Positions 17,827 through 26,987 of a DNA stretch of 64,000 nt are shown here, piece by piece. Source of the DNA: Alphaproteobacteria bacterium (GTDB lineage: Bacteria > Pseudomonadota > Alphaproteobacteria > UBA828). Position numbers and translations under genes: made by a program. The stretch lies in assembly GCA_965214705.1 (NCBI GenBank), contig OZ243972.1, positions 4,096,001-4,160,000 on the forward strand. Reading direction: 5' to 3'. Positions within the stretch are counted from its first letter, which is position 1. Every line of letters starts with the position of its first letter. The notes under the pieces were generated by a model that did no database searches, had not been told where the DNA came from, and worked only from the letters and a program-made list of their open reading frames with translations.

Positions 17827-19658
17827 TCAGCTGGGCGCTGTCCGCGGAGCGACGTTGTCGGTCATTTTCAGGAAGTCGAGAACCCGCCTCGGTTTCCTGG
17901 CCAGCTTGCGCATGGTCTCGGCGACAGCGAGCCCGCGCCCCTTGATAACGCCGATGGCGAAGCGCCGCAGCAGGGTCATGTTCTCCGGACCGTAGCCTGA
18001 ACGGATACGGCATCGGTCCTCGTCGAAGCTCCAGTCGAGGATGTGATGGGCCGCCTCGATGGTCCAGTGCCCGCGATTGAGGGTGAGCAGGCGTTCCGGC
18101 GATGCGGCCTGCGCACTCAGGCTTGTGACGCCGTAAGCCGTCTCGCAGCTTCTCTTCCCGGATTTGACGTGCCGGGTTTCGCGCCGCACGGCGAAGATCT
18201 GTCCGACGCCGGGGAAGTTGAGGTAGTCGTTGAGCTCGCTGGAGACCCAGATGGAGCGCCGCTCGCGGCGGCCGTGCTCGGGCTTGGGGCTCTCGTCCGC
18301 GAAGTCCGGCGCGCGGCCTGCGATGGCCTCATCGAGAGTGAGCCGGATGTCGTCGAGCAAGGTGGGCTGGTTGCCCTTGACGGTGAACAGATAGTCGGCG
18401 CCGCGCTCGCGCAGATAGGAGGCCAGCGCCCGCTGGGTGAGCAGAGCATCGGCGGTGACGGTGCGACCCGCGATGTCGGGCACCGTCTCGATACCCGGAT
18501 CAAGTCCGGGCAGGGGGATGATGGTGCCGATCTCGTTGGTGCGCTTCTCCCCGTCGTCGGCGTCGGGCCTCATGCCGACTTTTTTTGACCCCAGGGCGCC
18601 TTGGTGTCGTGGCCTATGATGCCGAGCACATGAGCCTGCCTGCCATCGTCATCGATGGCGCCGCGGATGGTCTTGCCGTCGATGGCCAGCGCGCTGTCGC
18701 CCGAGCCGTGGGCCTCGTACCAGGCCCTGAGCGCGGCGTCGAGCTGGACCGGATCGACGCGGATCAGCAGGCTGCGCATCGCCGACAGGCTGGGCGGGCG
18801 GTACCGGCCGTCGCGGCGGCGCACGCGGAAGCGCTGCAGCACCCTGGGACTGAGGTCGTCGACCCATTCGCTGATCGCCTTGTAGCCGCGCATGCCACAG
18901 AACGTCGCGGCGGCGGCGAGCGCCAGTACCGTGGGCAGCGCATGGCGCCGGCCCTGGCGGCGGCGGGGATCGTCGATGCCCTGGAAGAACTCGGGGAGGG
19001 ATCGCATCTGTGCGGCGGTGAGCGTCATCTTCGGCACTCCATGTCGCAGACGGGGGTCGAGATCGTCGGCCCGCAGCCGGGCCCGCGCGGTGCGGGACAG
19101 GGGAAGAAGGAACACGCGCTTGGGCCGTGCGTGCTCGCTGTAGCCGGCCCCGCCGCGAGCGAAGCCGCGGGTGCGCCCGACCTCGATCCAGTTGGCCGCG
19201 CGGTAGACCGTGCCCCGGAAGAGCGCCGGGTCCACGAACGTCTCCGCCAGCAGCACGTCGTGACCGAAGCGGATCGGCCAATCCCTCACCAGACGGCGCG
19301 TGCACAAAGACAGCACCCGCGAGCCGAGATTGCGCTCACCGCCGGGGAGGATCAGGAAGCGCGAGTTGTTGGTGACCAGGTGAAGACGACCGAACTGAAG
19401 GCCGCGGTCCCAGCCAATCCAGCGATCGCGCGCACCGCACTTCAGCGCCGCTGCCGAGAAGACCGCCAACGCCAGCCATCGCCCTCGATGGTGCGCGACA
19501 TAGCGCACGGTCTCGCCCATCCCCGGCACCGCGCCGAGGTAGTGGTGTGTCTGCATCACGTCGCGGAAGCGGGCCTCGTCCTCCGCCGCCACGATGTCGA
19601 CCGCCACCTCCGATAGAGCTGCCACAGCTTGCCAGTCCCCACGGCTGCCTCGCGGCAC
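17827..19658 (-). CDS. ISAs1 transposase with N-terminal DUF4338 (DruA-like) domain; two ORFs (18570..19658, 17827..18573) joined by a probable -1 frameshift
   Basis: HHYLG..RDRWIGW..NNSRFLIL..ETFVD..GTVYRAANW; then DPRRRQGRRH, AIDGKT, TNEI, TADALLTQ, VKGNQ, HGRRERR, HWTIE, FDED; slippery A-AAA-AAG at 18579-18586. Confidence 0.85.
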
Positions 19659-19905
19659 TCATATCAGGACACGGGGAGCAAGTCCACTATTTCAGGCAAC
19701 TCGCTGGCCGGCCTAGCCAAAGGCTGAAGTACAAATCCGCCCTGCCCGGTCGCCGCAGCCGCTTGCCAGCGCGGCCGCCGCCCGCCGCCGGCACTGCGCG
19801 GCGGCCCGCTCGACGGCCAGCACCTGGCGCAGGTCGGTCCGGCAGCGGTGGCATGTCGGGCCCTCGATCCCCCCGGCGCCGCAGGTCGGGCAGCGGAGCA
19901 CCGGC

Positions 19906-20010
19906 CTACTCCAGGTAGAACAGTATCTCGTCGAGGTTCTGCCTGATGGCGGCAGCATCCTCGTCACGGCCCTCGCCGAGCGCCGCACGCAGCCTCTCGA
20001 TCAGGACGGC
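19906..20010 (-). pseudogene. C-terminal remnant resembling an Hsp70/DnaK-like protein
   Basis: LIERLRAALGEGRDEDAAAIRQNLDEILFYLE*, ending 4 nt before the zinc-ribbon gene; family call rests only on this tail. Confidence 0.45.
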
Positions 20011-20092
20011 AAAGCAGCTGTTGCCGATCGGAACCGCCTCCGGGGGGCACAGTGGGAGGGTCATGGGCATGGCTGAGGCCGCGTTTATAGTG

Positions 20093-21470
20093 GAGCCACT
20101 TGCAAAACTCCCAGGCGCGGTCTGCTTTTCCCGAAAGCCCGTCGTGAGGACATTGACGGTCGGAACGTAACATGAACTTCGGGACGAGCGGACGTCGCTG
20201 GCTGCCGCCGGGGCGCCGATTCGCCGCAAACCGATGCCCATGCGGGCGCATTTTGGACCCGCCGTCGCGATGCGGACATGGCTTTTTGCGCCTCCGCGGA
20301 GGGAGGCGTGCCGGCGTGACAGCGACGGAGGCGCCCGCTCAGGCCAGGAGGCGCATCAACTGGTCGACCGTCAGCACCAGGATGCCGAACATCAGGTGGC
20401 AATGAATCTTGGCATGGCCGCGCACGCGGACATGGCGGCCCCCGCAGTTGTCCTTCAGCCCACCGTTGATGCGCTCGATGTTCGAGCGCTCGTTGTAGCG
20501 CTCGTCCGCCGGGTGGCGGTGACCGACGCCTCTCTGCGCCCGGGCCTCGCGCGCCAGCTCCTCCTTGTACTCCTTGTCGCGAGGGTTGACGTCGATGATC
20601 GGGACGTGGCCCAGCAGGTAGCTGTGCCAGCCGATCTCGGGCGCGTCATAGGCTGAGTCCATGAGGTCGTACAGATTGGTGACGCGGTCGGCGGTCATAC
20701 TCGCCAGCGGGATCGCGGCCTGCCTGTCGTGCAGCGAGGCGGACGTCAGGATGCAACTGATCGGAATGCCGCCATCGGCAGCGTCGATGTGCAGCTTGTA
20801 ACCGATCCACGATGTGGTATGGCCCTTGGCGTTCCGCTTGGTGCCGACGTCGCAGGCTTTCGGCAGGTCGTCGAGCATCTGGGGCAAGCTCATCGTGAGC
20901 TGGCGTTTCACGCGGCGCTCCTCCTTGGGCCGCTCCTCGCCCTTGCGCGGTCGGCCGCGCTTGCGCTTCGGCTTCTCCGCCCTGGGCTTGGGCTGAGGCT
21001 TCTCGCGCGCCTCGATCGCGGTTGCGTCGCGCGAGACGTGCCCGACCAGATGGTCTCCGAGGGTCTGCTTGATCAGCGCCTCATGCACGCGAGCGGGCAA
21101 CGCACTCTCGGAGAACTCCGCAAACGCCCGCGAAAACGTCGCCTCGCTCGGGATCTCTGCGGCATAGGTCCAGCCGCAGAGGCCATGGAAATGGGGAAGG
21201 AAGCTCTCGACCCGCGCAAGCTCAAGCACGGTGACGAAGCGCCGGTACCTCTCGCCGAGCGGCCCGAGCTCCTCCTCAAGCCACGGGAAAAGATCCGCTT
21301 GAATGTGATGCCAGAATCCGGATAGTGTCTGTCCCAGCGACATGGGGCCGCCCTCTCCGTCGACGTTGTCCGAAACCCGACAGGAACAGAGAGCGGTCCC
21401 GATTTCCAGGACAATCTGACCGCCACGGCGGCAAAATCCCGCTCAAATGCGGAATTCTGCGTGTGGCTCC
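20093..21470 (-). mobile_element. IS5/IS1182-like element with internally deleted transposase
   Basis: IR GAGCCACTTGCAAAACTC / GAATTCTGCGTGTGGCTC; AGTG on both flanks. Confidence 0.8.
20339..21343 (-). pseudogene. IS5/IS1182-like transposase with an in-frame deletion of about 45 aa
   Basis: Aligns to 62186..63325 but jumps from LPHFHG directly to LCGW. Confidence 0.8.
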
Positions 21471-21674
21471 AGTGTCATATTAAAATGTACGAACCTGGCT
21501 GCGACTGCCACCGAAAATCGGCCCGTAACGGCCGAAAAGCGGTAGATTTCAAGGGGTTCGAGGCACGCCGCCCGGCAGCGTCAACCTCAAGAGGTCAGGA
21601 AGTCTGAAATTTGCCCTGGGGTGCTGCCTTGGACGTCTTCTCCTTCGCTCTGTATGGTGGTAGTCATGCTTCGC

Positions 21675-22091
21675 ATGACCGACGATTCTCAGAACATGGT
21701 CGAGCATTTGAAAATGGTGCAGGGTGTCGTTACCCGCATGGCGGGCAATAGCGCACAGATGAAAACGTGGGCCGTGTCGTTGGTCACCGCAGTTTTTGTC
21801 TTCTCGGGGCTGTCGGACGATCCGCACTGGCTGATCGGCGTGGGCGGTTGCATCCCCGTCATCGCCTTCTGGACGATGGACGCTAGATACCTTCATCTCG
21901 AAAGGTGCTATATCAAGCTCTATGAGGCCGTTGTGACAGGGACATCAGTTGCGCCTTTCGAACTCAACTACCGTCCCCATGCGGCCACGGTCGATTCTGT
22001 CTGGAGGGTTGCGTTGTCCTGGTCTGTCTACACGTTTTATGGCCCCCTGTTGACGGTGATGCTTGTACTCTTGGCAATCCTCGCGACGTAG
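21675..22091 (+). CDS. Small membrane protein (about 3 TM helices), partner of the TIR gene
   Basis: EHLKMVQGVVTRMAGNS..MKTWAVSL, FWTMDARYLHLERCY..LY; three hydrophobic stretches; lower GC; start may be 21666. Confidence 0.8.
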   Translation: MTDDSQNMVEHLKMVQGVVTRMAGNSAQMKTWAVSLVTAVFVFSGLSDDPHWLIGVGGCIPVIAFWTMDARYLHLERCYIKLYEAVVTGTSVAPFELNYRPHAATVDSVWRVALSWSVYTFYGPLLTVMLVLLAILAT

Positions 22092-22101
22092 GAGTCGCAC
22101 G

Positions 22102-22599
22102 ATGACGCGAAGGGTCTTCTATAGCTTTCATTATGAGCCGGACAATTGGCGGGCCAGTATAGTTCGGAATATCGGAGCAATAGAAGGAAACCGACCGGCG
22201 ACAGATAATGACTGGGAGGCTGTGAAGAAAGGGGGCGACAAGGCGATCAAGAGATGGATTGCTAATCAGATGCACGGGCGATCATGTACGGTTGTGCTTG
22301 TTGGCACGCATACTGCGGGACGAAAATGGATCAATCACGAGATTGTCAAATCATGGGGTGAAGGCATGGGTATTGTTGGTATCTGTATCCACGGATTGAA
22401 GAACAAAGACGGAAGGGTGTCTAATGAAGGTGGAAATCCCTTTAATTCCATCGGGTTTGGCAACACCGGTAAGAAGCTCTCCTCTATCGTCAGATGCTAC
22501 AACCCAACGGGACGTAACAGCCAGGAGAGATACGAATGGATTAGAGAACACCTCGTCAACGCTGTTGAAGAAGCAATCTCGATACGAAAGAAGAATTGA
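22102..22599 (+). CDS. TIR-domain protein, Thoeris ThsB/DUF1863-like
   Basis: RRVFYSFHY..D.WRA, SCTVVLVG..TAGRKWINHEI..SW (catalytic E present), GIVGI.IH.LK. Confidence 0.9.
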   Translation: MTRRVFYSFHYEPDNWRASIVRNIGAIEGNRPATDNDWEAVKKGGDKAIKRWIANQMHGRSCTVVLVGTHTAGRKWINHEIVKSWGEGMGIVGICIHGLKNKDGRVSNEGGNPFNSIGFGNTGKKLSSIVRCYNPTGRNSQERYEWIREHLVNAVEEAISIRKKN

Positions 22600-22617
22600 T
22601 CTAGATCGTTGAAGTAG

Positions 22618-22815
22618 TGAGGTGGCCCCGGAAAATCGGACAGGTCGTTAAGGTGTATTCCACCGTTTGACGGAGGAATGCAGTGAGCGGCAAGCGACGC
22701 AGGTTTTCGGGGGAGCAGAAGGCGAAGATCGCGCTTGGGGCGCTACGGGGGGATCGGACGTTCCAAGAGATCGCCTCGCGTCACCAGGTGCATCCGAACC
22801 AAGTTGGGCGCCTGC
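22618..22815 (+). mobile_element. Truncated IS3-family left end with partial orfA
   Basis: Nearly identical to 42388-42585 (TGAGGTGGCCCCGGAAAATCGGACAGG..., MSGKRRRFSGEQKAKIAL). Confidence 0.88.
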
Positions 22816-22903
22816 AAGGCGCTCGATCTGCTCGGCGTCAGCCTATAGCGTACCCAGTACGCGACTCCGCGAAACGGTGGTTTGGAAAGCCACCGCAATA
22901 ACT

Positions 22904-23179
22904 TCAGACTTCCTGACCTCGTGGCACAGGCAGGTTCGCTCATGTGTCTCGTATAGCGTTGAAAGCGCGCACTGTTTCGCCCTTGTCGTGTCCAGCTGTA
23001 GCGCCCCGACGGCGCTTGGACCTGCTATTCTGGCTGATGCGGAATTGCACTTTCCATACAGAGCCCTTGAGCCGGAAACCGCCCAAGGACAGCGATTTAG
23101 GCCAGTTTCGGGTACAGGATTGGTCACCAAACCGCCTCAAACCGCCTCATGCCAAAATATCAGAGGTCAGGAAGTCTGA
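22904..23179. mobile_element. MITE-like element (276 bp) within an IS1634 3'-end remnant
   Basis: 17-bp perfect IR TCAGACTTCCTGACCTC; ACT on both flanks; an orphan copy of the IR at 21591-21607; flanks read ..ALDLLGVSL* and GGAAGTTCGGG. Confidence 0.75.
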
Positions 23180-24218
23180 ACTTAGCTCAATATCTGCTCA
23201 GGAAGTTCGGGCTAAACAGAGGGGTCAGAGTGCCACGCCGCCTAACACCGCAAGTGTCACGCGTTCTCGGCTATGCGCCCGTCACTGCAACCAACTCAGC
23301 CCGAAACCTCTCAGCAAAATCAGACAAACGCACGCGTTCTACCAACAGCCCCTCATTGGCCATCGTGAACTTCCAATGAGTTCTCAATTTGATCAGCAGA
23401 CCCTTTCCATCCGCTAATCGTACGATCTCTGCGTCCGCGTTTCCCCCGGCCTTCCTTACACCATCCATTCGCACCTTCGCCCACCGTCCGATCTCGACCA
23501 ACTGCTGCCTGAACTCCCCGCAATTGTCTGCGAACTCCTGTTCTATTCTCTGCTTCGCGTTTCGAATCTCTTTCACGAGGCCATGGTCAGAACGAAAATG
23601 ATCAACATTGCCGATTCCGGTAGCCAATCCTCGAAAATACATATGTGCCCACGCATACTTGATCAATGCGGCCACATAAAACCGCCTCGCCTCCCTCGAT
23701 ATGTGCTTCTCGACTTCCTCCTTTCTTCTGATGCCGAGCTCTCTGAGTTCCACATTACGTTCCACGAATCCCGCTAGGCAGGAATGCCCAACCAAGACAT
23801 TTTCCAACTCGTGGGTGCTCAGAAACACAATCCCATCGCAGTCCGGCAAACTCAGTTCGAACAGTACGTCTGAACAGTCTATCAATCGAGCCACTTGCGG
23901 ATTCCGGTTCATTTGACCGCCGGTTCTGATTCTATCTGACCGGGGTTCTGATTTTATTTGACCGGGATTCTGGCGACACTTGACCGTGCCGCGGGCGCGC
24001 GCCAGCGCGCTGTCTCTCCCGGATTTGGCGGTGTGACCCTCCCCTTGGTGATGTCGGGGGGCTGGCCTCTGGCCAGCCCGAGCCGAGCGTATGCGAGGCC
24101 TCTTGGGCATGCAAACGGCCGGCGGGGCGCGGCGGCAAGCTCTCACACACAGCATGCCGCCGCGCACCTCCGCCCTCGCAGCCTGGAAGGCGCCGCAGGC
24201 GCCCATGGACCCCGGCCT

Positions 24219-24995
24219 TCAGGCCGGGGCTCTGTTGCCGTTGCCGCCGCCGTCGAGTGGCGGGGGCTTGTTGCGCTTGCGCTGGGACTCTCCCTTGAGC
24301 TCGATGCGGTAGGCGTTGTGGACGATGCGGTCGAGGACCGCATCCGCGATCGTTAGCTCTCCGATCACCTCGGGCCAGCCGTCTACGGGGATCTGGCTGG
24401 CGATCAGGATGGACTTGCGTCCGTGGCGCGCCTCCACGATCTCCAGCAGGTCGCGCCGGCCCTCGGCGGAGAAGCCCTGCAGCCCCCAGTCGTCGAGGAC
24501 CAGCAGGGAGACCCTGCCCAGGCGGCCCATCAGGCGCTCGAGCGTGCCTTTGTCGCGGGCGCGGGTGAGCGCCGCGACCAGTTCGGGCACGCGGCGATAG
24601 AGGACGGACTGGTGCTGGCGGCAGGCCTGGTGGGCGAGCGCGCAAGCGACGAACGTCTTTCCCGATCCCGTTGGCCCACCCAGGATCAGATTGTGGCCTT
24701 GGCGGATCCAGTCGCCGGCGGCGAGCTGGGTCAGCGTGGTCCGGGCGATGCCACGCCCCGCGCGGCAGTCGACGTCCTGGACGTCGGCGCGGATGCGCAG
24801 CTGGGCCTGGCGCAGATGGCCGAGATAGCTTTTGTGATCGCGGTGCTCGGCCTCGCGCTCGATCATCAGGGCGAGGCGGTCGTCGAAGCCGAGCTGGTCG
24901 ACGTCGGCGATGTCGCGCTGCTCCTCCAGGGCCTCGGCCATGCCGCTGAGGCCGAGCTGCAGCAGGCGGTCGATATTGGGTTGTCGCAGGGTCAT
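24219..24995 (-). CDS. istB: IstB ATPase
   Basis: GPTGSGKT, LLVLDDWG, DRIVHNAYRIELKGES. Confidence 0.95.
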   Translation of the reverse strand: MTLRQPNIDRLLQLGLSGMAEALEEQRDIADVDQLGFDDRLALMIEREAEHRDHKSYLGHLRQAQLRIRADVQDVDCRAGRGIARTTLTQLAAGDWIRQGHNLILGGPTGSGKTFVACALAHQACRQHQSVLYRRVPELVAALTRARDKGTLERLMGRLGRVSLLVLDDWGLQGFSAEGRRDLLEIVEARHGRKSILIASQIPVDGWPEVIGELTIADAVLDRIVHNAYRIELKGESQRKRNKPPPLDGGGNGNRAPA

Positions 24996-26590
24996 GGTGT
25001 CGCTCCTCCGTTGTTGCCGTAGTACTCGCCACCGCGGATGTTGCCGTGGCTGGGGATGGTCTCGTCGGGCTCGGGGCGCGGCCGATCGGGCTCGCCGCCG
25101 CCGTTCTTGAGGCGCTCCCTGAGGAAGCCTGAGGCGAGGCGGTTGAGGTCGAGGGCCTCGGCGCAGAGCACGTCGAGGCGCTCGGCACCGTGATCGTCAG
25201 CGAGCTGGATCATGCCCTTCACGGTGGCGAAGGCTTGTTCCGGGAAGTCGCGCGAGGCGTAGCATCGCTCGGCCCAGGCCAGGGCATTGGCTCCGATGCG
25301 GCGCGCCTGATCGAGCAGGATGTCGCCGTAGTCGGGGCGGCGGATATCGCAGACCGCCCGGTGGTTCTCCGGCATGTGCTCGGGGGTGGTGGCGTACTGG
25401 TTGCGCCCGGCCTTGCGGCGATGGACAGCGATGCGCTCGCCGCCGCGTTCGAGGAACACCTCGACCATGCGTTCACCGGCGCGGACGTCGACCTGGCGGC
25501 CGATGTAGCGCTCCGGCACGGAGTAGTGATTGTGCTCGAGGCGGACGTGGCAGTTCGGCCCGACCTTGCGCTCGACCCACTCTCCCCACTCCCAGGGGTG
25601 AGCCGGCAGGGCGGTCAGGGCCGTCCGCTCGTTCGCCTCGAAGAGCGCGCGGCGGCTCTCGCCGTGCTTGGCCATGGGGGCATCGTTGAGGCGGTCGAGC
25701 GCGCGGCGGATCGCGGCGTTCATGGTGTCGAGAGAGAAGAAGGTCTGGTGGCGCAGCGTCAGCAGGATGCGCGTCTGGACGATCTTGACGCAGCCCTCGA
25801 CCAGCCCCTTGTCGGTGGCCCGGTACTTGCGCGCAGGCAGCACCGCGATCTCGTAGTGCCGTGCGAACTCCCGGAAGCTCGGATTGAGCCGGATATCGTC
25901 GCGGTCGGGATCGTCCACGCCCGACTTGAGGTTGTCGATGATCCACCGGCGGGGGGAGCCGCCGAAGTACTCGAGCGCGCGCCGGTGCGCCATGGTCCAG
26001 TGGCGCACCGTCTGGTCGGGGACCGCCTCGGCGTAGATCAGGTTCGAATGGGCCAGGACCGCGACGAAGATCTCCACGTCGGTCTCGCCGCGCCCGGTGC
26101 GAAGGGCCAGCGTCTTGCCGGAGAAGTCCGCCATCCCGTACAGCCCGGGCTCGTAGTCGAAGTGCATCTGCGCCGAGCCGCCGCAGCTGCCCTGGTGCGC
26201 CTTCAGGCGCGCGCAAAACTGGCTGTAGCTGTACGCCTTCCCGCCCTGGGCCTGGGCCTCGTCGCGGTACTCCTCCCAAAGCGTGCGACGCGTCGCACGC
26301 ACCCGGCGCCGCTTGCGCTTGGCTCGAAGCTCACGGAGCACATCATCCCAGTCCGGCTGCGCATACCCGCTCTCGCGCGGCGCCGGCGGATACAGGCGCG
26401 CGCGCAGCCCGTCATCGTCGAGATCGGACGGCAACGGCCATGACAGGCCCGCCGCCTGCGCGCGCTCCAGAACGTTCGATACCGTCCCCGCGCTCACGCT
26501 CACGGCCACCGCGATCTCCGCCCGGGGCAAGCCCAGGTCGTGATGGTGCCGAAGGATGTCCCTGATGCTCATGGTGTCGATCCTCTTCAT
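24992..26590 (-). CDS. istA: IstA transposase
   Basis: YSYSQFC, MADFSG, IIDNLKSGV, DKGLVEG, HGNIRGGEYY. Confidence 0.93.
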   Translation of the reverse strand: MKRIDTMSIRDILRHHHDLGLPRAEIAVAVSVSAGTVSNVLERAQAAGLSWPLPSDLDDDGLRARLYPPAPRESGYAQPDWDDVLRELRAKRKRRRVRATRRTLWEEYRDEAQAQGGKAYSYSQFCARLKAHQGSCGGSAQMHFDYEPGLYGMADFSGKTLALRTGRGETDVEIFVAVLAHSNLIYAEAVPDQTVRHWTMAHRRALEYFGGSPRRWIIDNLKSGVDDPDRDDIRLNPSFREFARHYEIAVLPARKYRATDKGLVEGCVKIVQTRILLTLRHQTFFSLDTMNAAIRRALDRLNDAPMAKHGESRRALFEANERTALTALPAHPWEWGEWVERKVGPNCHVRLEHNHYSVPERYIGRQVDVRAGERMVEVFLERGGERIAVHRRKAGRNQYATTPEHMPENHRAVCDIRRPDYGDILLDQARRIGANALAWAERCYASRDFPEQAFATVKGMIQLADDHGAERLDVLCAEALDLNRLASGFLRERLKNGGGEPDRPRPEPDETIPSHGNIRGGEYYGNNGGATP

Positions 26591-26987
26591 TGGGGCCCTG
26601 CCTCCTCGAGTCGATCGATGGATCGATGAGGCTGAGCCGGGAGAGGATCGGCGCGTCTGGAAACATGGGTGTCGGTGGCGCCCGCAGGGCGATCGGGCCG
26701 GGCCTCTGACCCGGCCTCCGGCGGTCAAATCACGCCGGAATCACGGTCAGATGTCGCCAGAACTGCGGTCAAATAAAATCAGAATGGCGGTCAGATAAAT
26801 TCAGAACTGCGGTCAAATGAGGCCAGATTTTGCAGCCACTTTTCCGAATCTCGCCGCCACCTCGCCATCGACTAGGCCGAAGATTTTCGAATTACTCGGC
26901 CTTTCGGTCTTTACCCGGCTGAGTACTATCTCCGATCCGGTGCCTTGGGAAAGAGGCACTTTGAATTCCAGCCGATCAGCTAATTCG

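Larger units (their letters stand above)
13305..19744 (-). mobile_element. ISAs1-family element (about 2.15 kb native) with an IS21 nested in its 3' non-coding end
   Basis: Imperfect 16-bp IR CACGGCAAATTCGTTC (13305-13320) / GTACAAATCCGCCCTG (19729-19744); 10-bp direct repeat CCCGGTCGCC at 13295-13304 and 19745-19754. Confidence 0.92.
11497..19901 (-). pseudogene. 119-aa zinc-ribbon/helical protein split into three pieces: join(19745..19901,13276..13294,11497..11680) on the minus strand
   Basis: Removing ISAs1 (10-bp TSD) and IS110 (2-bp core) gives a 360-nt open frame: MLRCPTCGA...CHRCRTDL...GCGDR|ARALAD|RACALHRCHASVSLRAAVALVDGEFNLALRLWREV... Confidence 0.85.
23896..26834 (-). mobile_element. 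IS21-family element (istA-istB)
   Basis: TGC..GCA ends, 4-5 tandem TGACCG-cored ~22-bp repeats at each end, 6-bp direct repeat GCCACT (23890-23895, 26835-26840). Confidence 0.95.
23271..26987 (-). pseudogene. DUF4435-like/OLD-type TOPRIM protein split by IS21 and 5'-truncated by IS66: join(26835..26987,23271..23889)
   Basis: Restored frame ELADRLEFKVPLSQGTGSEIVLSRV..IFGLVDGEVAARFGKVA|RLIDC..IVFLSTHELENVLV; GLVD and ELEN motifs; lower GC. Confidence 0.6.

Noticed and set aside
21675-22599. Calling the TIR pair canonical Thoeris type I or II
   Set aside because: No SIR2-SLOG or Macro-domain ThsA is present.
23896-23990. Tandem ~22-bp TGACCG-cored repeats (also 26720-26834) that resemble a mini-CRISPR or iteron array
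   Set aside because: They have no unique spacers, are inverted at the two ends of the IS21, and match the known multiple IstA-binding repeats.
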